Sequence record: SRR31156797_6884 | Strand: one strand, 5' to 3' | Length of the DNA: 31,351 bases | Shown here: positions 8,865-17,292 of the stretch, piece after piece | How the letters are laid out: every line of letters begins with the position of its first letter | How positions within the stretch are numbered: position 1 is the stretch's first letter | Position numbers and translations under genes: made by a program | Notes under the pieces: model-generated | The model's database searches: none | Seen by the model: only the letters and a program-made list of their open reading frames with translations | What the model was told of the DNA's origin: nothing

Positions 8865-8940
8865 GTAAACATTCTAGAACTTTTTGCGATTTGCCGAACT
8901 GGATAAGCGAATCGTACGTCTCGCTCAGTCCGAGTTTTCG

Positions 8941-10239
8941 TTACCTACAAGCCGCCACAATATCTTTGGCAACCTGCAAAGCGAGTTCTTGATTTAACTT
9001 GGTTGTGGTTACCCGAATTCCGAGGGCGTTCCCATCTATACTAAACTGGCTTCCTGGCCTCACTAGCCAACCAAATTTTGATAGCTCGTATGCACTCTCT
9101 TTGGGGTCACTACTTACAGGAATCCACAGATTGACGCCTTCAATAGGGCCGGAGATCGACAGTCCATGGGCTTCGAGTGCATCCATCAACCACTGGTTTT
9201 TTTGTTTGCATTGCTCACTCATTTCTTGGAGCTGTTGCCTCACCGAATCGGACTTTAACGCTGTGATAACTAATGTTTGAAGGATACGACTGACCCAACT
9301 CATCCCAGTCGTCAGTCGGCTTTGAAGACGCTCTGTTGTCACCGGATCAGCAGCCACAAACGCAAGTCTCAGATCCGGCCCTAGCCCTTTTGACACTGAG
9401 CGAAAAACACCCCAGTGCATCGTACTATCTGGAACTAAGTTATGGTAAGGCTGTTGAGCGAGTAATGCGAAGTGATCATCGATCAACACCAAAACATTCG
9501 GATAACGCCCGAGAACTTCCTTAATGGCATCCGCCCGTTGCTTTGTATAGCAACATCCCGTAGGGTTATGTGCTCTCGGAGTCATGAGCACTGCTCGAGC
9601 GCCTTTCTTAAGCTTTAACTCTAGTTCGTCTACCACCATTCCTTGATAATCAACGCGAACCCCAACCGGGTGCATTCCAGCTAATCTTATGGCGGTCGAT
9701 GAGCCGAGATAACAGGGGTCCTCAACGAGGATCTGATCACCAGGTAACAAATGGGTTGACATCAAACGTTCTAACGAGTCCACTGCCCCACTCGTTATCG
9801 AGAATCCCATATTGCTTGGGCACACATCTTTAAACCATTCTCGGCCAAACTCCTCGACTTCCGGCAAGATTGGCGCTTCACCATAAACAAACTGCTTGAA
9901 ATCCGCTTTTGCTGCTAATTGATTTAGGTCTGGAAACCATTCCTTGAGGAGATTTCCGTCAGCGAGATCCACTAATCTTGTTTCTGTTATCCCATCTTGT
10001 TGCTGCGATGGTTGGCGCGATTTAACGCGAGTTCCCAGACGGCCCTTAGTCTCGGCTAGCCCCGACTTAACTAAACGCTGATAGACACCCGCCACCGTGT
10101 TCCTATTAACTCCAACTTCTGCCGCGAGTTCTCTTACAGGAGGTAGGGCATCTCCCTCTTTTAGGGTTCCCGACGCAATTAAAGATCGGACAGACTCAAA
10201 TAATTCCTGTCCGGTTTGCCCTTTTATGTTGACTCTCAT
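8941..10239 (-). CDS. ptsJ: MocR/GabR family PLP-dependent transcriptional regulator, PtsJ-like
   Basis: GntR wHTH LPPVRELAAEVGVNRNTV; aminotransferase-like domain TPRAHNPTG, DDHF, PLP lysine in RSVSKGLGPDLR; 432 aa. Confidence 0.85.
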   Translation of the reverse strand: MRVNIKGQTGQELFESVRSLIASGTLKEGDALPPVRELAAEVGVNRNTVAGVYQRLVKSGLAETKGRLGTRVKSRQPSQQQDGITETRLVDLADGNLLKEWFPDLNQLAAKADFKQFVYGEAPILPEVEEFGREWFKDVCPSNMGFSITSGAVDSLERLMSTHLLPGDQILVEDPCYLGSSTAIRLAGMHPVGVRVDYQGMVVDELELKLKKGARAVLMTPRAHNPTGCCYTKQRADAIKEVLGRYPNVLVLIDDHFALLAQQPYHNLVPDSTMHWGVFRSVSKGLGPDLRLAFVAADPVTTERLQSRLTTGMSWVSRILQTLVITALKSDSVRQQLQEMSEQCKQKNQWLMDALEAHGLSISGPIEGVNLWIPVSSDPKESAYELSKFGWLVRPGSQFSIDGNALGIRVTTTKLNQELALQVAKDIVAACR

Positions 10240-10241
10240 CT

Positions 10242-10343
10242 TTGTCCTATGACAATATCATTATCAAACTATGACAATAAAGTTTTATGACCATGACTAA
10301 GATATCACTTGTGAGTGCATTTTTCATTATTGTCGCGATGACA
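10242..10343. promoter_or_regulatory. Candidate MocR/PtsJ operator array in the divergent promoter
   Basis: TTGTCCTATGACAA imperfect palindrome; CTATGACAAT repeated at 10247 and 10269; ATGAC at 10249, 10271 and 10293; TGTC-N5-GACA at 10331-10343. Confidence 0.6.
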
Positions 10344-10387
10344 CGTACAGCCGTTTGTAAACACACATATTAGAAAGGAATAAGACT

Positions 10388-11281
10388 ATGATATTTAAAG
10401 GAATCAGTGCTTTCCCTATTACGCCAATAACCAATGAACGTATTAATGTTGCTGCTTACAATGACATTCTAGGTCGCTTAGTTGGAGGGGACGTTGAATC
10501 AATATGCGCAATCGGATCAACAGGCTTATATCCATACTTAAACGCTGAAGAGAAACATACCGCGATATTAACGGCAGTCGAAGTTGCGGGTGACATTCCC
10601 GTGTGTGCAGGCATTGGGGCACTGCGCCTGAGAGACGTACTTGCCAATGCCGAGCAAGCAGAGAAACTCGGCGTAAAAGGACTTTTGCTCGCTCCGCTTT
10701 CTTATCAAAAGCTATTTGATGAAGAAGTTTATGAACTGTACCGACATGTCTCTGAAAGAGTCTCGGTACCAATCTGTGTGTACGACAACCCATCGGCAAC
10801 TCAATTTACCTTTAGTGATGAACTTCATGCGGAGATCGCCAAGCTTGAAATGGTCCAGTCAATCAAGTTTCCGGGGAAGCAATTTGAAGATCAAGGTCAA
10901 CGCAGGGTTCAACATCTGCGTAAATTGCTGCCAGACAATGTCACCATTGGAGTCAGTGGTGACGCTTTTGCTGCTAGTGGCATTCAATCAGGAAGTGATA
11001 TTTGGTATTCCGTGCTCGCAGGTTTGTTCCCACGCACAGCACGATACTTGTTTAACCAGTCTAAACGTTGCACCCCAGAACAAGCACAAGAGCTTTCTCT
11101 GAAATATGGCAAATTGTGGCAGTTGTTCTCTGACAATCTGGGCGGAATGCGCGTGATGGTCAGTGCTGCTGAACTATTAGGGTATGCAGAGTATCCATGT
11201 TTACCTGCGCCTTTAACTGCACTCGACTGTGAATCAAAACTTCTGTTGAAAGATCTTATTTCAGAACTCGAGCTTGCTTAG
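10388..11281 (+). CDS. DapA/NAL (dihydrodipicolinate synthase-like) family aldolase/lyase
   Basis: AFPITP, GSTG, catalytic Tyr in VYDNP, Schiff-base Lys in SIKFP; AAGGA SD. Confidence 0.88.
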   Translation: MIFKGISAFPITPITNERINVAAYNDILGRLVGGDVESICAIGSTGLYPYLNAEEKHTAILTAVEVAGDIPVCAGIGALRLRDVLANAEQAEKLGVKGLLLAPLSYQKLFDEEVYELYRHVSERVSVPICVYDNPSATQFTFSDELHAEIAKLEMVQSIKFPGKQFEDQGQRRVQHLRKLLPDNVTIGVSGDAFAASGIQSGSDIWYSVLAGLFPRTARYLFNQSKRCTPEQAQELSLKYGKLWQLFSDNLGGMRVMVSAAELLGYAEYPCLPAPLTALDCESKLLLKDLISELELA

Positions 11282-11354
11282 TGCACACGGTAGAGGAAAA
11301 CATATGGACAATGTTGGTAGTAAAAGCGAAACGCATTGGAGTGACAGAAGTTTG

Positions 11355-11693
11355 TTAAGCCAGCTTTGAACCGTTTGGCAACGCCATATCAACGGCAGAA
11401 AGAACAACTGAACCGTCTGGGCAATGTAGGCCTGTAACGAGACACTCCGACATAATTGGACCAATCTGCTTTGGCGGGAAGTTAACAACAGCCAACACCT
11501 GCTTACCCAACAATGCTTCTTTTGTATAAAGATCTGTAATCTGAGCACTGGATTTTTTCACACCTAAATCAGGTCCTAAATCGACTTTCAATTTATAGGC
11601 GGGTCGACGTGCTTCTGGAAAATCCTCGACTTCAATAATGGTACCAACCCGAATATCTACTTTTTGGAAGTCACTCCATTCTATGTATTTCAT
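11355..11693 (-). CDS. csaA: CsaA/Trbp111-like tRNA-binding OB-fold chaperone
   Basis: DFQKVDIRVGTI...KSSAQIT...VVNFPPKQIG..SECLVTG; ATG at 11693 with AAGGA SD; the longer ORF-track N-terminus overlaps the AraC gene. Confidence 0.88.
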   Translation of the reverse strand: MKYIEWSDFQKVDIRVGTIIEVEDFPEARRPAYKLKVDLGPDLGVKKSSAQITDLYTKEALLGKQVLAVVNFPPKQIGPIMSECLVTGLHCPDGSVVLSAVDMALPNGSKLA

Positions 11694-11846
11694 ATCCTTT
11701 TCCATTTTAATCTGATGTCTAATTACGCTAAACGTAATAGCTTTACGATAACCTTTACGGGCAGACTGATACCTGAAGAGGACATAATTTTTTGCCGAGT
11801 TAAAAGCGTTTACTGGGTAGAAAGCATAAAAGAAAAGAGAGGGTGA

Positions 11847-11885
11847 TTGTTTGCTAAAAAGACGGAATAGTTGTTTGAACAGACG
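11847..11885 (-). promoter_or_regulatory. Tandem direct repeat, candidate AraC-type activator site
   Basis: Minus strand CGTCTGTTCAAACAA and CGTCTTTTTAGCAAACAA, CGTC cores 21 bp apart. Confidence 0.4.
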
Positions 11886-12606
11886 ATTTAAATCCAGTTC
11901 GAGAGAACTCTCTTGGTGAAACACCGAAGTGCTTTGAAAACCTCCGACTAAAAGCAGAAAGATCACTGTATCCAACTTGTTCGGCAATCAGTTGCACAGG
12001 GAGATCCGTATGAGTCAGTAATGCTTTGGCTTTCTCCATACGTTGCAAAGTAATGTACTTGTGCACACTTATGCTTAAATTGTCTTTAAATAATTTTTTA
12101 AACTGTGTGGAACTCAAGTAGGCTGCATTAGCTAAAACAGTGATGGTCAAAGACTGCTCAAGCTGTTCTGCGATCAATGATTGTGCGGCTCGGATTCGTG
12201 AGTCGATGGTTCGCGACAACTCTTGCTGTTCAAGGAGCAAGAAGAAGGTCTCTACGATCGAGGTTTCTAACTTACTATTGACCTGATATTCAAGCTGCTT
12301 CTCCGCAAACTGAATAAAGCTGAGTAAAGGCGAGGTAACTGAGAAAACGACTATCGCTTCTTCAAGCAACTGATAAGGTAACTCTTCAATATCTACAACG
12401 ATAAAACGGGAAGCATCGTCGGCATGAAATGCATGGGCGACTCCCTTGCGAATAACGATGCAGTTTCCGACTGACACTTTACCGTTAAAACCGTCCATAT
12501 CGATATGAATATTACCTAGAGTAGGCAACACGAGTTGGTGGAAGCTATGATGAACATGACGACTCATACGCTTGGTATATGCGCGGATACTTAAGCTAGC
12601 TTTCAT
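11854..12606 (-). CDS. AraC family transcriptional regulator with N-terminal cupin
   Basis: His-rich cupin HVHHSFHQLVLP...HAF; C-terminal double HTH ending IAEQVGYSDLSAFSRRFSKHFGVSP. Confidence 0.9.
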   Translation of the reverse strand: MKASLSIRAYTKRMSRHVHHSFHQLVLPTLGNIHIDMDGFNGKVSVGNCIVIRKGVAHAFHADDASRFIVVDIEELPYQLLEEAIVVFSVTSPLLSFIQFAEKQLEYQVNSKLETSIVETFFLLLEQQELSRTIDSRIRAAQSLIAEQLEQSLTITVLANAAYLSSTQFKKLFKDNLSISVHKYITLQRMEKAKALLTHTDLPVQLIAEQVGYSDLSAFSRRFSKHFGVSPREFSRTGFKSSVQTTIPSF

Positions 12607-12917
12607 AAATCCAACAAGTGACTATGGGAAGTCGTATTATAGCGATTAAAGTATTGATGTAAAAATCGAATCTAAGGAGGTTATCTTAATCAAACTAAAC
12701 CGAAATAAAGGATTAGATAATGTAAGAAACATCAGCTCACATGTCGTGTTAACCGACTACATCGTTAACACCTGATGGTGCATGTCATGATCAGTGCTAA
12801 CACACCTTTGGACAAAAGCGTTTTAGAGCTACAACTTAATTTAGTGAACTACTAATTAGCTCAGATATGAAAAACTGGGTAATTCCTTCTATCCTCAACA
12901 TCAAGCATATAACAACC

Positions 12918-12941
12918 ATATTTCGTTGATCAGCGAAGTAT
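12918..12941. promoter_or_regulatory. Palindromic operator upstream of the ABM-ACT-ArsR operon
   Basis: ATATTTCG-TTGATCAG-CGAAGTAT near-perfect 24-bp palindrome ending 16 bp before a TATAGT -10 (12958-12963). Confidence 0.6.
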
Positions 12942-12999
12942 CATTTTTCCCATTCGCTATAGTACCTACAACAATTAAGTGACATAGATAGGTAAATAA

Positions 13000-13302
13000 A
13001 TGATTGCTGTATTATTTGAGGCAATGGCTGTTACGGAAAAGAGAGACAGATACTTCCAGTTGGCGGAACAATTAAAGCCTCTTCTCAGTGATATCGATGG
13101 TTTTATATCAATCGAGCGTTTTCAAAGCACAACAAACCCGGACAAATTTATATCTCTATCTTGGTGGAAAGATGAAGAAGCCATCAAGCATTGGAAGAAA
13201 AATGTGCATCACAAGCTTGCTCAAGACGAAGGAAAATCTACTATTTTTTCTTTTTACAAAATCAACGTCCTAACCTCAACACGAGAATATTCTTCACGAT
13301 AA
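13000..13302 (+). CDS. Antibiotic biosynthesis monooxygenase (ABM/IsdG-like) family protein
   Basis: MIAVLFE...IDGFISIERFQS...SLSWWKDEEAIKHWK..HHKLAQ..GK..IFSFY pattern; AGGT SD. Confidence 0.88.
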   Translation: MIAVLFEAMAVTEKRDRYFQLAEQLKPLLSDIDGFISIERFQSTTNPDKFISLSWWKDEEAIKHWKKNVHHKLAQDEGKSTIFSFYKINVLTSTREYSSR

Positions 13303-13317
13303 CATAGAGATAGTAAC

Positions 13318-13701
13318 ATGCATGATATACATATAATTTTAAAAAATAGTCCTGGAGAATTAGCCCGATTTGGTGAAGTCCTTGGAAAGAATGGAATTGG
13401 ACTAGAAGGCGGTGGCGTTTTTGCTCATGAAAATCAAAGCCATGCCCATTTTCTAGTCGAAGATGGAGAAAGAGCGAGGGATATCCTTACTAAGAATGGA
13501 TTTGAAGTAAAGGGGGTCACTTCTCCACTTATACGAAAACTCAAACAAGAACAACCCGGTGAGCTTGGTGCGATATCTAAGGCATTAGGGGATAAAGGCG
13601 TTAACATTATTGTTCAGTACAGTGATCATGATAATCGATTGATACTTGTAACCGATAACTATACATTGGCCGAAAATGCAACAATTGACTGGGCTGTATA
13701 A
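13318..13701 (+). CDS. Tandem ACT-domain (amino-acid-binding) protein
   Basis: LKNSPGELARFGEVLGKNGIGLEGGG and QEQPGELGAISKALGDKGVNI..QYSDH, two ACT-like repeats. Confidence 0.82.
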   Translation: MHDIHIILKNSPGELARFGEVLGKNGIGLEGGGVFAHENQSHAHFLVEDGERARDILTKNGFEVKGVTSPLIRKLKQEQPGELGAISKALGDKGVNIIVQYSDHDNRLILVTDNYTLAENATIDWAV

Positions 13702-13703
13702 AC

Positions 13704-14414
13704 TTGAGCAAAGAAAATATCTCTTCAATAACATCAATAATAGACTTTAGTCAGGAAACCGACATGGCAGCCTTAGCGGCTGCCATGTCGGACGCCTCTA
13801 GGATGAAAATCCTATGTGCGTTGATGGATGGAAAAGCTTGGACAGCAACCGAATTAAGCGTTGTAGCAGAGGTTGCACCATCAACTACTAGCTCTCACCT
13901 ATCCCGCCTGCTGAAAGCCAATCTTGTTATATGTTTATCCCAAGGACGACACAGATATTTTCGCCTCTATAGTAAAAACGTCGCTGTATTACTCGAAAAA
14001 ATGATGGGAATTACTTTCCAAGCAAGTAGTCCCTCTCGTTCCAAAGTGCCTCAAGAACTTCTCCAAGCAAGAACCTGTTATGACCATTTAGCCGGCGAAA
14101 TAGCTGTTCAACTGTATGATTCACTATTAAAAAATAACTGGATTGACAGTGATGGCAAAGGTATCACTAACCATGGACAAGAAAAATTTTTAGAGTTAGG
14201 TATCAATATCGATGAGAAAACTAGAAGAAAAAAATGTTGTCCATGCTTAGATTGGAGCGAAAGAAAGTTCCACGTTGGTGGTCACTTAGGAGCATCGCTA
14301 CTTAGTTTTTTTGAAGATAATAACTGGATAGAAAGAGTCCCCGGATATCGCGAAGTTGTTATAACGAATAAAGGTAAAAGAGAATTCCATGGGCATTTTG
14401 ACATTGATGTATAG
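13704..14414 (+). CDS. ArsR/SmtB family regulator with Cys-rich C-terminal domain (YdfF-like)
   Basis: SRMKILCALMDGKAWTATELS...STTSSHL...QGRHRYFRL HTH; ARTCYDHLAG and CCPCLDWSERKFH; TTG 2 nt after the upstream stop (ATG near 13763 is an alternative). Confidence 0.87.
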   Translation: MSKENISSITSIIDFSQETDMAALAAAMSDASRMKILCALMDGKAWTATELSVVAEVAPSTTSSHLSRLLKANLVICLSQGRHRYFRLYSKNVAVLLEKMMGITFQASSPSRSKVPQELLQARTCYDHLAGEIAVQLYDSLLKNNWIDSDGKGITNHGQEKFLELGINIDEKTRRKKCCPCLDWSERKFHVGGHLGASLLSFFEDNNWIERVPGYREVVITNKGKREFHGHFDIDV

Positions 14415-14746
14415 GTGTCCTTAGAGAGCATAGCATGTAAATGATTACTCATTAGCGCATGTATTAAACCTCGCAAATTCCAGTCAACACCACTAACATA
14501 TTTTGGGGCTGTTTTGAGTTCATTACGCAACATGCTTTTCGCTAGTTGCATATTAACATTGAAAAGCTTTGGGGCAAAAATGAGTCAAAATAGATCGTTC
14601 AGACTCGATCCTAGATTGAACCGAATTAGATTTGTCTCTGGCAGTGCTTTCTCATGAGCACAGGGCTTATTTTATTCCTGAACCAGACTCAGAGAATAGA
14701 CTGGACGATATCTCCAATACAGTTTTGTATTTATTGTAAAAACTCG

Positions 14747-15118
14747 TCATTTGATTAATTTATACTGCCATAACCCAAATGCAATTAATGCCAAAACCTC
14801 GATTAATAACCAGAGCCATTGGTTGCCAACTAAACCAAACCGTACAATACCAATAAGCCGTGCTGACACTATTCCTGCGGTTAACCAAAATAGTAGAGCA
14901 GACAATGTAACCAACCAAGGCGTTAATTGATTGTGAGCGACTAACAAAGCCCCAAATCCGATTAAAAAACCCCATTTCACACTCGCTTCTATAGAAGAAT
15001 AGGCATCCACAGAATTTGACGAATCACTGAAAAATTTAGGGCTAAATGCCATGACAAAACCAACGATTAATACAATTACACCGACTACTTTTAACGCGGT
15101 TATTTCCAAATTTAACAT
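14747..15118 (-). CDS. Small membrane protein, DUF4345-like
   Basis: About four hydrophobic helices; ARLIGIV..G....QWLWLLIE pattern; start ATG 15118 or TTG 15109. Confidence 0.65.
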   Translation of the reverse strand: MLNLEITALKVVGVIVLIVGFVMAFSPKFFSDSSNSVDAYSSIEASVKWGFLIGFGALLVAHNQLTPWLVTLSALLFWLTAGIVSARLIGIVRFGLVGNQWLWLLIEVLALIAFGLWQYKLIK

Positions 15119-15299
15119 CCATTTTCTGACTACATATAACACCAAAAACAGCGCTGAGTTCTAACTGTCCGATCAATGTAAAAGGCCTAAACCGTAAGCA
15201 GCATACAATCATAAGCAAAAGTAGGTCAAAGCAAATGTTAAAGAATGAATTCTAAGTAACCCGCAAGCTTATATTGGGGCAAAGATAAGTTAGCGACGA

Positions 15300-16166
15300 T
15301 TACTGCTCTGCTGCAACAAATTGAATGAAGTTATCTCTCGCGACATTATCCAACACCTCATTCCAAATAATACCTACATCCCACTCAGCACTTTTACCAT
15401 GTAGTGGAATAAGGCGGACGCTGTCATTGGCGACATGACTAACACTGGCAGGTGCAATCGTAAAACCTGTGTTTGCTGAAACGAGGGCTAACAGAGTCGC
15501 GATATCATCGGCTTCCTGTACGGGGTGCAGTATTTGATTTTCCTCTATCAATAACCTTTCTATCTGTTTCGCTAAGCCTTGTCCTCGTTCCGGGGTAAGC
15601 CTTAAATAATCTAAATGACGTAATGAAGCCCAAAGTTCGCCTTCGTTAATTAACTGACTACGATGAACAGCAATGACTAAATGATCTGAGAAAAGCTTGA
15701 TACCTTTCAGAGGGGGAAGAACTGGAAGCCGATTAAAACCAAGCTGAAGGTCGCCTCGAAGTAATAATTCTGTTTGTAATTGTGATGGTATATCATTGAG
15801 CACAATATGAATATCAGGAAAGTGTGTTTTAAAACGAGTAATATAACGTGGGGCTAGGACATAAGAAGATATTCCAAAGCCTATTTTTAGAGACCCTGTT
15901 GCCCCCTCAGCAACTCGATGGGTTAAAGCCTGAAAAGCGCTAAAGTTATCCATTAAGCGTTGTGCTTCGGGCAGAAGCGTCAGACCGGCCTGAGTTAAAC
16001 AAGCGCCTTTCCTACCTCTATCAAATAGAACAAATCCAATATGCCCTTCAAGACGCTGAATTTTCTTGGTTAGCGCTGATTGTGTAATGCAAAGATGTTC
16101 AGAGGCGATTCGATAGTTACCATCTATCGCTAACTGACAAAATGTACGTAATTGATCGAAATCCAT
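15300..16166 (-). CDS. LysR family transcriptional regulator
   Basis: HTH ASEHLCITQSALTKKIQRLE...LFDR..LTQAG; 288 aa; divergent from the nitrilase gene. Confidence 0.92.
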   Translation of the reverse strand: MDFDQLRTFCQLAIDGNYRIASEHLCITQSALTKKIQRLEGHIGFVLFDRGRKGACLTQAGLTLLPEAQRLMDNFSAFQALTHRVAEGATGSLKIGFGISSYVLAPRYITRFKTHFPDIHIVLNDIPSQLQTELLLRGDLQLGFNRLPVLPPLKGIKLFSDHLVIAVHRSQLINEGELWASLRHLDYLRLTPERGQGLAKQIERLLIEENQILHPVQEADDIATLLALVSANTGFTIAPASVSHVANDSVRLIPLHGKSAEWDVGIIWNEVLDNVARDNFIQFVAAEQ

Positions 16167-16265
16167 TCCCTAGCTTCATTGAATACTGAATATTATTCAT
16201 TATATGGAATGTAACTGAGTTTTTATACTGATAACGTCATTTCACAACAGCCAAAGGAGCTTTCC

Positions 16266-17222
16266 ATGAATGATGTGCGCGTTGCCTCCGTCCAATTTAA
16301 TCACAGAGCCAATGACAAATCCTATAACCTCTCTGTAATTCAGCGTTATGTTGAACAAGCCGCCAAGCTTAATGTGAGTATTATTGTGTTCCCCGAAATG
16401 TGCATCACCGGATACTGGCATGTATCAACACTAAGCGAGCCTGAGATTCGTACCCTCTCTGAGTTCGTCCCTCAAGGGAAGACATGCCAGACATTACTCG
16501 CCATGTCCGCTCAGTACCAAATAAGTATTGGTGCTGGATTAATTGAAATGGACGATAAAGGGAGACTCTATAATACTTACGTGATGGCGATGACTGATGG
16601 CCGACTGGCGAAACACCGAAAACTACATACATTTGTCAGTCGATACATGGAAAGCGGCAATGATTATACTGTTTTTGACACTCCACATGGATGTCGTGTC
16701 GGGATACTGATTTGTTGGGATAACAATCTGGTTGAAAACGCTAGAATTACTGCTTTGAATGGCGCGGATATCCTCGTTGCGCCTCATCAAACTGGTGGCT
16801 GTCATTCCCGTAGTCCGAATGCTATGGGACTCATCGACCCACAACTGTGGTATGACCGTAAACAGAACCCTGAAGCTATACGCGAAGAGATGCAAGGACA
16901 CAAAGGACGTGAATGGCTAATGCGCTGGTTGCCTTCCCGTGCCCATGACAACGGGATGTTTCTGATATTCAGTAATGGTGTCGGTGTTGATATGGATGAA
17001 GTCAGGACAGGAAACGCAATGATCCTTAATCCATATGGACAAATTTTAGCTGAAACCGATAGCATTGATGAGGATATAGTGATTGCCGATCTCAAAGCAC
17101 AGGAGTTAGAGATGTGCACGGGAAGGCGTTGGATTCGAGGACGCAGGCCAGAGCTTTATCAAGCGCTGACGACTAAAGGCCATGAGCTGTCAGCATTTGA
17201 CGCAAGGTTTTCCGAAGAATAA
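16266..17222 (+). CDS. Carbon-nitrogen hydrolase (nitrilase superfamily)
   Basis: Catalytic triad E (VFPEM), K (HRKLH), C (LICWDN); AAGGAG SD. Confidence 0.92.
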   Translation: MNDVRVASVQFNHRANDKSYNLSVIQRYVEQAAKLNVSIIVFPEMCITGYWHVSTLSEPEIRTLSEFVPQGKTCQTLLAMSAQYQISIGAGLIEMDDKGRLYNTYVMAMTDGRLAKHRKLHTFVSRYMESGNDYTVFDTPHGCRVGILICWDNNLVENARITALNGADILVAPHQTGGCHSRSPNAMGLIDPQLWYDRKQNPEAIREEMQGHKGREWLMRWLPSRAHDNGMFLIFSNGVGVDMDEVRTGNAMILNPYGQILAETDSIDEDIVIADLKAQELEMCTGRRWIRGRRPELYQALTTKGHELSAFDARFSEE

Positions 17223-17246
17223 AACTATACACACCATTGCTGTTAG

Positions 17247-17278
17247 ACACTGGCACAGTGAACAACTGTAGCCAGTGT
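17247..17278. terminator. Hairpin between convergent nitrilase and GNAT genes
   Basis: ACACTGGC-ACAG...CTGT-A-GCCAGTGT stem. Confidence 0.5.
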
Positions 17279-17292
17279 TCATAATCGTCACT

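Noticed and set aside
11694..11987. Long N-terminal extension of CsaA in the ORF track
   Set aside because: It overlaps the AraC gene and does not look like a domain; the SD-supported ATG at 11693 gives the usual ~110-aa protein.
14282..14551. 89-aa minus-strand ORF overlapping the ArsR 3' end
   Set aside because: No SD, no recognisable motif, and it overlaps a confident gene; a remnant cannot be excluded without BLAST.
15135..15141. GTTATAT core-site-like heptamer upstream of the DUF4345-like gene
   Set aside because: No CTTA-N7 box and no inverse core after the stop; too short to support alone.
15184..15230. GGCCTAAACC...GTAGGT resembles part of the Vc2 riboswitch
   Set aside because: The rest of the aptamer is absent and no gene follows on that strand.
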